Source: Candidatus Bathyarchaeota archaeon
GTDB lineage: Archaea > Thermoproteota > Bathyarchaeia > Bathyarchaeales > Bathycorpusculaceae
Assembly: GCA_963770935.1 (NCBI GenBank)
Contig: CAVYRJ010000008.1
Span: 128,001 to 192,000, forward strand
DNA length: 64,000 nucleotides
Direction: 5' to 3'
Of the stretch, positions 9,904-19,252 are shown in pieces; within the stretch, counting starts at the first letter, position 1, and each line of letters begins with the position of its first letter. The notes under the pieces are model-generated. The model saw only the letters and a program-made list of their open reading frames with translations. It had not been told where the DNA came from and did not search any database. The position numbers were made by a program, and so were the translations under genes.

Positions 9904-12900
9904 TTAGCTTTTTGCAGTCACCGTTATCGTAGGTGGATATTCAGCCAGTATCCATAGTCCCATAGGAGTGGTTCCGTCGTACAAACCACACACAGGTGTT
10001 GTTCCGTCAAAGGTTGCCACAGCACCCTGCCAAGTAATATCGTAGGCAGATGTAAATTGAACCTGAGAAGAACTTACTGGCAACAATTCAATCAATCCAC
10101 TGCTGGCTTTTATGGCGCCCTTAGAAGTGCTTGAGGCGAAAGAATCAAAAGCGTAAAGCTTCTGGTTAGCAGTATCTGCAAACATTATTCCTGCGCCTTT
10201 TCCATTGTCCGAAATTAATTGGCTGAAGTGATGTGCTGTCCAACCTTCGCTATTAGTGTTAAGATATGTTCCTGTTCCATTCTGGAGGATTGGGGATCCA
10301 GCTAGGGTGCTATTTTCTGTTTGTATCTGCGACTGTGGGTCAAGTTTGTTGTTAGTCGTATTGGGCATAAGTCGGTGATGGTGCGTGCCTGAACTGAGTT
10401 GATAAACATTATTCTTGTCTGGTAGGTGTAGTAAGTTGCGTTTGCTGGGAGAGTTAGGACTATGTTTGCGTAGATGTTTGGACAATTGTGCGCTCCTCCA
10501 TCGTCTGCAGGAGGATTAGTCTTGCCCCATTCTGCTTCTTGCTGAACAATATCTCGGACAACGCCATGATGGATCACGTACGATAATCCTGCGCCGTAAG
10601 TGCTGGCTTCAGTGTTTATGCGCATGAAAGTCGCTGTACTTGAGGTGCTTGTTCCTGTTACTGTTGATTTAACATTGAAACCTGCCAGGAATTGTAAAGT
10701 AACTTTTCCGTTAGTTAGAGTTTGGGTGCCTGTATTGTCGTTTGTGAAGTATGTGTTGGTGAATGCGAGTGGCGTCTGGGTTGCTGTGTCAGCTCCTTCC
10801 CACCATACCGTGAAATCGGTAACTTTGCTGGTTAAGAGGAAAACAATCATTTGGCGGTTGCCAAAAACTGTAGAGTTACTGGTTAACCCCAATGGGATTT
10901 GGTAGTTGGAAGCCCAATCTTCAATTTGGAAAGGAACCTCTTGGTTTACGCCGTTTATGGTTTGGTTTAGGTGGATTGCTTTAACAGGGATTGGGGGAAT
11001 GGGCAAGGTTTGGGTGGTTAGTTGCATGTTTTGACCAAGCCAACGCATTGTACCATTTTGTAGAATTTCAACGGTGACAGTGGATTCTTGAAGGTTGAGG
11101 AGAAAGCTAATGTCTGGTTCATCTTTTAGGTAAACAGAGTCAATATTCCAAGTGTCTGGCGTACCGTCGTTTGCTTCGTTACTTCCTATAAATCGGATGG
11201 TAAGGCTTGAGGAGTCTATGAACGATGCAAGGGAAACATTGTTGAAGTAATTGGGAACGAGCGTCATTAGATTTGACCAAGAACCATCCTTGCAAAACCT
11301 GGACAATCAGGGGCTCGGATCCCATTGCACCTGTTTTGATGCATAAATCCTGACGAATGTTAGTGGCATTAACGGTTAGCCATTGCTCCTGAAGATTAAC
11401 TGCGTAATTGGTAACATTTGGACTGTATTGTATTAAGTCCAGGTGGAGGTCGAAGGGACTTGTAGTAGACTTGACAGCTGTAACCATAACTTTCCAGTAA
11501 CCACTGCTGTTCAGATAGCTAGTTGGGCTAGTCAAAATTATCTGGGGATTTGTTGTATCACTAGTTCCCAACGTTGTAGTCATGTATCCATCTCCGCTTG
11601 TGGGGTATTGGCTTGTTGCCGAGTTGAAAAGTTGGAAAGTCGCAGATACACCACTGGTAGAGGCGGAACTATCTGTTGTCCAAGCAAGTTCATTCCACGG
11701 GAAAGGTATGTTGGAATTGCCAGTAAACTCAACTTGTGCATTGTATTGGTTTGCTGGAGAGTAAGTGCAGTAAATGCTATATGTTCGCTGACTACCTTGG
11801 TCAGATACTGTTGTCGGCCAGTTAGGGTAAGTACCGCTTCCTTCGAATCTTTGTGCTGAACCAGTATCACGGTAGATGTTCGCATTTGTGTCAGAAGACC
11901 AAACCATTAGGACATAATCAGTTGCTGCGGCCAATACGGGTTGCGAAATAAAGTTGAAAGTAACCCAGTTATCCATTGTGCCTAACGTTTTCTCTTCTGT
12001 TGTTCCAATTAAGCTGCTTCCAGTACTTGAGTAAACAGCTGCCTTTGCTTTGAATAGACTGTTGTAATTGCAGTATATAGAATACTGATTGGTATTCGTC
12101 TGCGGAGTTAAAGAAGATGGCCAGACACCATAGATTTGGCTGGTAACGTAGCGACCGTTTCCGCCTGATGAGCTGCTGTATCGAAGGATTGAGGTGCCGC
12201 TTCCAGTCTGGGACCACACAACTAAGATGTAGTTTGTTGACTCTGTTAATACAGGTGCAGATGAGAAGATGAAAGTTCTCCATGCAGGATTACTGCTTGC
12301 GGGTACAGTTTGTTCGTTTGATGAAGCCAAAAGGTTACCGTTGTTGTCGTAAATGGCAGCTTTCATGTTTTTAGCGCTCGTCGTACAAGCTATGTATGCC
12401 GCGATGCTTTGTACTGAAACAGGGTAGTTTGGAGTTGTGATCTGCTGCCCTCGAATAGAGTCAATTATGGAATCACCGTTGTTACCTGTGTTGGTGTTTC
12501 CGAGAGTGTTGGTTGCGGAAGTAAAACGTAAGTATGCACTTATGTTTGTTGCTAGACCTGATTGGCTGAGTGTAAATCTTGAGCCTCTGATACTGCTTAG
12601 TGATGTTGTGGCCCCCCCTTTTATTGTATAACCGAAATTGGCTGAGCCGCTAAAAGAAGACCCGTAAGAGCGGAAACTCATGTAAGAACCATCGTTAGCT
12701 TGCAGGCTATTTGTGGATCCACTTGCTAATGTCGTTGAATTATAAGTTTTATGATTTGTAGGGTAGCTGGGTACGAATGTTGTTCCGGAAGCTGTTTCTG
12801 TTAAAGTGTCGTAGACACCGTCTGGTCCATATTGTTGGGCAGTGAAGTTACTGTGGGTTCCAACTTCGTCTAAGTTGTTGTCCACGTAATAGAATCCTGT

Positions 12901-13659
12901 TTGGAATGAACTGGAGTTCCATGTTAGTTTGGCGTTGAACTGAGAATAAGATGATGCAATAACCATAAGCCCGCGGGTATCTTCCACTTGGATTACATAT
13001 GAACTGCTGTTAACTCCCTGTGGAAGATCAAGCAAGTATGTTCCATCGGCGTATGAGGCAATATTGTCTGGTTCTACCAATTCCCAATCTGAATAATTAT
13101 AGACATAACGGTATAGCTTCAAGTTGTTTTTTCCCAAATTAATTAAAGGTTGGTCATTGTCCATTAGAATTTTTAGTTGGGCTTGACTGGTTTGGTTAGC
13201 TTTCGATATTTCTACGTCTAATCGGGTTGATGTTGAGTAACTTGCGCCAGAGATGCCTAATCCTTCCAAGTTATAGGTGACAGTCATATTGCCTTGGCTG
13301 TAGCTTTTGTTTGAAAACCATTGGTTGTTTAGGTCTAGGCTGGTTAAGTTGATATCTACACCCCATTCTGGTCTGATGTCGCATGCCTGGTCTAAGCCAC
13401 TTTGAAGGTAGTTTCTAGCTAATTCATTAGCGTATGGTTGGTTTCCGGTTACTTTGAGAATCGAACCATAATATCCAACGGTGAAACCTAAAATTTCCTT
13501 AAGCCCTAAGTTGGTTTCGTCTACTGCACTTAAGATCTGAGGCTGTTGTTCAATAGGGTTATAACGAATCGCCGAGAAAGTGGCAATAGCTGAACCGACT
13601 AAGACTATGGCAACCAGCAATGCAGCGATAATTGAAAACGCACCCTTGTTGTTCAACAT
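9904..13659 (-). CDS. giant (~1250 aa) pilin-like or adhesin protein; frameshifts near 11290 and 10338
   Basis: Class III-like signal MLNNKG/AFSIIAALLVAIVLV at ATG 13659. Three overlapping ORFs join with single-base shifts. Ser/Thr/Asn-rich with many NxS/T sequons. Confidence 0.75.
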
Positions 13660-13660
13660 G

Positions 13661-14981
13661 TTAGTTGCCTCCAGCCATGCCCAATTGCAAAACTGCAATT
13701 CGGCTGGTTCCTGTTGCGTTGTATTCTGAAGCATAGACTCTGGGGTGGTAGTATGAGAGGAGACTTAGTCCTGTGATTCGAATGTCGGGTGTTCTAGTTA
13801 ATCCTAAAGCCAAGAAAGAGCCTGTAATTGTGTTTGTACCATGAGTGTAAAAAGTTCCTGGATAATAGTTTGAGATTGGATTTAGCACGTTTACTCCAAT
13901 TGAAAGATGATAAGTTGAGAGTATGGTGTTGGATAGCGCTCTTGTGGATGTCTGAGACACTGAAGGGTAAATCCCGTAATAATTGCATGCCTCTATTGCA
14001 GTTTGGCTAAGCGTTGACTGTCTTGTTGCGCTGTCAGAAACGGCGGTACCAGTAGAACTATAGCTTTGGTTATCTAAGCCTCTAAGAAATGCTATTGATC
14101 CTCCTCCCCCAGTTTGCTGCATCCCATAAATACCCCAGCCGTTTTGTCCATTTACGAACGCAGCAGTGTTGCTTACGTAGTAAAAGGGGTAACCAACAAT
14201 GCTGGCCCAAGTCCAGTTATACATGTTGACTCTTTGACCTAGAGTAATAGCTGTAGTAGGCGTAAGAGTTCTGGGAGTACGGTGATTGACAGTAATCCGA
14301 AGGTATTGGTACAGCTTCGCCGCAGGTGTTTATGACAACGGCGTTTTGAAGGTTTTCTCCATTTATCGACATTCCGTTCAGTATCTTTGCAAACTGTGAA
14401 GTATTTTGCACCATTATTGTGTTAACAAAAAACGGCGATAGAAGGTTAGAGAGGTCTTGCGCGAATGTGTGTGCAGTGTAGCCAGTGATCCACCAGCCAT
14501 TTGAGTCGCTGCAGTTTAAGATGTAGAGGGTTCCTCCGTTTTCCTGACCGATTTTTTCAGGTGTGAAGTGGAATGTGACGTTGGAGGAAGCTACTGTATA
14601 TGTGGAGACGTCAGTGGTGACTCCTAAGTCTTCAGCGTTTGAGATACTTGCTTTTTGATTGTAAAGGTCGCCTCCTACGTTTGTTTCGAGTGAATCCCCT
14701 TGATTCACGTCATAAATGGTTAGATTATAAAGAATATTTGGCGGAAGGGAAGCTGAGATTGCTATTTGAAGGCTATGTAGAACTGAAGGATTATCAGTTT
14801 CGAATACGGCTGTGCCTAAATCATAGTTCGAATCAAGCATCTGCAATGTCGTAAAGGATAAGCGCCGCAGGTTTATGGGCGAAACCTCTCGTGGCGGCGG
14901 TAATACAGTGAAATAGGATGTGGCTATGATTGCGCTAGCGATGATTATTACAACGAAAACAACTTCTAATGTTCGAATCAT
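13661..14981 (-). CDS. minor pilin-like protein (~440 aa); frameshift near 14243
   Basis: N-terminus MIRTLEVVFVVIIIASAII. ORFs 14217-14981 and 13661-14224 join as YSYY-LGQRVNMYNWTW. Confidence 0.7.
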
Positions 14982-16199
14982 TTAACCAGCCCCCTGATTG
15001 CTTTTTAGATTCCAGAGTGCAAGTGTTACTCCATAGGCAAAACCGCCTATCGTCGTTTGGCGAATGTCAGTTGCGACCCACTCTTGTCCTGTTGGGTTGG
15101 CACCAAATGTTACTGGAAAAGCCATTGAGCTCAAACCCCATGGCATTAAAACTATTCCAACATTGCCAGAAGTATCTTTGTAGGTTACTATTAGTATTCC
15201 TTCGTTATCAGGAACATTTGTTGAGGCATATTCAGGTGAGGCGCCTCCAACCGAACCAGTTGAACCTAACGGTATTTGACGAAGCGTGTTTTCATGAGTT
15301 AAGATTGCAAAGGATGCATTATAGTTCAACTTTAAATACGGAGGCGATTGCACTGGTTCGCCAACGGAATCACCGTGAGCAATCAGTATGCTTCTTTCTT
15401 CGAAGCTCTCGACAAGTGGAATTAAGCTTTTGGTGACTGAATCTGGCACATGGACATAGGAGCCAATTCCCTTAAGACCATAAAGATGAGAGTATACGAT
15501 AAAGGCATAAGACTGGGTTTCACCATTAACACTTGGAAAAGTCACTTGAGCTAAGCCTGTTTCGTCGGTGCTTGTTGTGCCGCTTATTATTGTTGTGGAG
15601 GGATATTCGTTTTGGTCTTGGTTGACTAAAAGAAGATTGTAATTTACCGATGCATCGGCAAGTGGGGAACTTGTACCGTCTACGTTTACATTCAATGTTA
15701 AGGGTGCTCCGATAGAAACTTTTGAGGTTGTGATAGTCAAGAGGGGTGATAGTGTAAGTTGGAATCCGTAAGTTCCATTTATTCCTAGCAGCTTAGAGAC
15801 TGTTGAATAATTGAGAACCTTTGTAGATGGAGAAAGAAAGTAACTACCGAAGCCTGTCGTTATATTGCTGTAGTAGGAATTAGTTTTAGAGTAATAAACC
15901 TGTGATTCAGGGGCGGAATTCAGCCGCATAAGCGAGAATGTGCTAAGCTTGTATTGAGGAAACTCTGGATCTTGCAATCCGAAGCAATCGGGTATGCTGT
16001 CTTTTTTTCCCCAATCCACGGGTAATCCCGGATTTAGCACTATTGTGTCTAAGAGGTCACTGGTTTTAGTCGACAACACTCTATGACGCTCGTAGCCAAT
16101 TGCTGTTTGCATGTTTTGACCGAAAAGACTGATGAAAAGCAGTATTGCAGCTATAAACACAGTGAGCGAAATCACATGATCAACAGAGGCACTTGCCAT
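14982..16199 (-). CDS. minor pilin-like protein (405 aa)
   Basis: N-terminal MASASVDHVISLTVFIAAILLF hydrophobic helix; the stop abuts the next start. Confidence 0.7.
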   Translation of the reverse strand: MASASVDHVISLTVFIAAILLFISLFGQNMQTAIGYERHRVLSTKTSDLLDTIVLNPGLPVDWGKKDSIPDCFGLQDPEFPQYKLSTFSLMRLNSAPESQVYYSKTNSYYSNITTGFGSYFLSPSTKVLNYSTVSKLLGINGTYGFQLTLSPLLTITTSKVSIGAPLTLNVNVDGTSSPLADASVNYNLLLVNQDQNEYPSTTIISGTTSTDETGLAQVTFPSVNGETQSYAFIVYSHLYGLKGIGSYVHVPDSVTKSLIPLVESFEERSILIAHGDSVGEPVQSPPYLKLNYNASFAILTHENTLRQIPLGSTGSVGGASPEYASTNVPDNEGILIVTYKDTSGNVGIVLMPWGLSSMAFPVTFGANPTGQEWVATDIRQTTIGGFAYGVTLALWNLKSNQGAG

Positions 16200-16201
16200 T
16201 T

Positions 16202-16678
16202 TTAATTGGCGCCCCCTTCAAAGGAAAGATAAATAGAACCTGAGGACTCTGTTGCCGTAAGTGAAGTTACATCACTTCTAAAGACCGCGCCGTCCTGCCA
16301 AGCAGCATTGATCCCCAATGTTATAAGGCTGGATGCTTCACCGTTAGCGTCGATTAGTTTGAGAGTTATTTTCATTATTTTAGCAGATGAACTTGGGTTA
16401 CTGATGTCTTGCAAAGTGATGTTATAGAAGTGATTATCTATTGTAGGGGGCGTTTCAAGTTCAGCAGATAAATGATCATTTGGATTGGATGCTCGGTTCA
16501 TTGTGAAAAATAGTTGCTGTACGGTACTGCCCAAGTGTCCAGCTATCTCTTGAAGCTGAAGGCTTCGGTGTTCATCGACATAGATGTCCATGATTGCAGT
16601 TGCTGCATATGGAAAAAGAAAAATCTGGGCGATTAACACTGGAACCATAATCATGTATTCAATGGTTATGTGTGCCAT
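16202..16678 (-). CDS. pilin-like protein (158 aa)
   Basis: MAHITIEYMIMVPVLIAQIFLF resembles the archaeal pilin Q-x-T-x-E-Y start. Confidence 0.75.
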   Translation of the reverse strand: MAHITIEYMIMVPVLIAQIFLFPYAATAIMDIYVDEHRSLQLQEIAGHLGSTVQQLFFTMNRASNPNDHLSAELETPPTIDNHFYNITLQDISNPSSSAKIMKITLKLIDANGEASSLITLGINAAWQDGAVFRSDVTSLTATESSGSIYLSFEGGAN

Positions 16679-16689
16679 GTTACTCTCTC

Positions 16690-17530
16690 CTAAACCTGCC
16701 CTATCGTTACGAGAACGTTGCCAACGTAAAATTGAACGTAAGAGTTTGAATTCAGGAGAATTGTTTCAGTCAACTGTTCAAAATTGAAAAATGATGAATC
16801 GAAGCCCTCGTTCTCAAGAGTTTGATCAAAAGTTGCGGAAATTCTAACTTGGCTGACACTGGTTACAGGTACTTTTAAGATTCCGTTTCCGCGCATAGTT
16901 ATCGATTGGGACCTGTAGAGGTGAGTACCGTTTTCAAGGGCAGGCAAATAGAACTTGAAGGAATTAGTCTGTACTCAAGAATACTCTCATGTTGGGAACA
17001 ACGACTGTTCGAATATAACTTCCATCGCTCATGGGTAGTTTTTCTACGCATAACACTTGAGCTATTGGCGCTGAAGAACCTGACTGCACGAACGAACTGT
17101 TAGCATAATTTGGGACACGTTCAAAGTAATCGTTGCCTATCGAATATGAACCCACAGGCATGTTGTAGAGGATAATTCCTGTTGTTTCCAGATCAGGGTT
17201 AGATTTGTCCATCCTGAACTTGTATGTATTTGGAAAGTATAGTTAAGCACGTGCGTCTTGAAACTTTACGTTTCCTTACCTACATGAGTAGGAAATTGTT
17301 TGTGTACGACCAATCGTCCAAGCAATGTCATCAATTTGCTGCCCTGTTGTGTGCATGAATTGCTTGTTTGTGCTATATTCGTTTTGAGCCATCTTAAGGT
17401 TCAAGATGTTAGTTGCGTAACTCATAGCTACTAAAATCATAACGATGCCGGCTGCGGTTAGTATAACCGTTGAAATAGCTGGACTAGCTGCCCTCTTATC
17501 TTTTCGCAATCTTGAGTTACTTTTTCGCAT
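16690..17530 (-). pseudogene. pilin with class III signal peptide, interrupted (in-frame TAA at 17276 plus about three frameshifts); may be consensus error
   Basis: MRKSNSRLRKDKRA/ASPAISTVILTAAGIV is a typical archaeal pilin/archaellin N-terminus. The reading continues across fragments: GNVKFQDA, VLNYTFQIHT, ETTGIILYNMP, FKFYLPALENG. Confidence 0.7.
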
Positions 17531-17543
17531 TACTTAGCACTCC

Positions 17544-19250
17544 TTATCCTATTTTTACGAATTGCGGAATTACTTTGGCAGCGACAATTGAGATTACTAC
17601 CAGGATGGCTGCATGCTTGAAACCGGCGCCGATGGATTCTTCGCTAATTTTTCCTGCGACAATTCCAATTAGGAAACTGTTGAAGATAACAGATGACATG
17701 AAAACTATTGTCATCAAAGAGTTATTTGGCGCAATTGCAGGTTCTGCGCCTGGCACAGCTATTCCTGTGGTTAAACCCATCATCATAATAGTGGTTGCCA
17801 CCAGTAGAATCGAAGCTAAGTATGGCATGAACACGTAGGGCCGAACTGACATTTTCTTTTCTTTCTCAACTTCCTGCGTCAAATTGTTGAATCGGGCTAA
17901 CGACTCAATCATTGGAATTGTGCCGCCGCCTACGTCGATGGTTTCGACGAGTAGGAACATCACGATCTGCACCATCCAACTGCGTGTGCGACGGAGAAAA
18001 TCGGACATAACGTTTTTAATTGGTATGCCCCAGGAAATCTCGGAGCTAATTTTTCGAAGCTCTTTGGTGAAGGTTCCGTAATCTCTTTTTGACAGGCTTG
18101 TTATGCATTTTTCTGGGGATAATCCGGTTTTTCTTACTTCCGTTAGGTCTCGGAGGAAACTTGTTACTCCTTGCTCCATGCTGGATCTTGCTTTTGCTAA
18201 TCTCATGTAAACGATGGCCGGTGGGGCTGCAGAAATGAATAAGCCAACTGCTAATGCAACTGGTAAATCGACACCCCAAGCTATCAAGTTTGTGAAGATT
18301 GGAAGTTGTGTTGTTCCCATGAAGTTTGTGAGCAGTAGGAATACAACTATGGCTATTACGCTGGAGACGGCGAAGACTTTGTAGGGGCGCATGTCAACGA
18401 GTGGCGTTTTTGGCTGCATGCTGTGGGCTAAGTAGACAAAGAGCATGGAGAGCATTGGCGTGAAAATGTAAGTATAAAGAAGTATACCTGAGAACTGTGA
18501 TATGTCTGCGCTTACGTTGGCTCCGCCTTGTATGCCATTTACGGCGAAGAGTATGTAGAAGCACAGAGACATCATGACCATGACTATTATGAAGGTCTCA
18601 AGAAGCATTCCAAGACGTTCAGCAGCTGCTTTGACGCGTAGGGCGCGAGTTTTGAAAATGTCTTCTGCCTTGCGTTCAAGGAAGTGACCGATGTCACCGC
18701 CTATTATGACGGTTGAAGCGTATCCGCCAAGGAAATCTTTGAATATATCTAAAGGCGTCTTTTTTGAAGCATTATCCAGGGCTGTTAGTGGATCAACGCC
18801 GAAGATTTCTACGTCTTTTATTATGTCTCTTGCTTCTTTACTCATGGCGGGCATAAGGTTTACTTGGGTTAAGCGTTTGAAGCTGGTATAGGGAGCTATA
18901 CCTCCTGACGACATGACGCTGATGTAAGCCGCAGCGAAGGGCATTTCACGCTCTAAACTTGAGGATCTGTCGCTGGCGTTGTTCATAGGTATAACTATAA
19001 AGCCAGCCATAACGAAGAGGGGCAGGGGAACTAAGAGCAGAAGAGGAAGAAAACCGTACAGTAAAGCAATTACTCCTGAGATAACTGAAACAGGAACGGT
19101 CAACAAGGCAATGAAGAACATAAGCGAGACGTAGGTTTCAGGGAAAATTCTCACTCGTCCCTTTTCAAGGGAGACTTTAAATTGGGTAAATACTTTTCTT
19201 AAGAAATAAGGTGCGAATCGCCCGAAGAGGCGAAAGGAAAATGGCTTCAA
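17544..19250 (-). CDS. type II/IV secretion system F-family membrane platform (TadC/FlaJ-like)
   Basis: Two T2SS-F repeats (EREMPFAAAYISVMSSGG; FLRDLTEVRKTGLS) and multiple TM helices. Confidence 0.92.
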   Translation of the reverse strand: MKPFSFRLFGRFAPYFLRKVFTQFKVSLEKGRVRIFPETYVSLMFFIALLTVPVSVISGVIALLYGFLPLLLLVPLPLFVMAGFIVIPMNNASDRSSSLEREMPFAAAYISVMSSGGIAPYTSFKRLTQVNLMPAMSKEARDIIKDVEIFGVDPLTALDNASKKTPLDIFKDFLGGYASTVIIGGDIGHFLERKAEDIFKTRALRVKAAAERLGMLLETFIIVMVMMSLCFYILFAVNGIQGGANVSADISQFSGILLYTYIFTPMLSMLFVYLAHSMQPKTPLVDMRPYKVFAVSSVIAIVVFLLLTNFMGTTQLPIFTNLIAWGVDLPVALAVGLFISAAPPAIVYMRLAKARSSMEQGVTSFLRDLTEVRKTGLSPEKCITSLSKRDYGTFTKELRKISSEISWGIPIKNVMSDFLRRTRSWMVQIVMFLLVETIDVGGGTIPMIESLARFNNLTQEVEKEKKMSVRPYVFMPYLASILLVATTIMMMGLTTGIAVPGAEPAIAPNNSLMTIVFMSSVIFNSFLIGIVAGKISEESIGAGFKHAAILVVISIVAAKVIPQFVKIG

Positions 19251-19252
19251 AT

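Noticed and set aside
11179-13734. ORF-track start at 13734 for the giant pilin
   Set aside because: It overlaps the upstream gene; the class III-like signal begins at ATG 13659.
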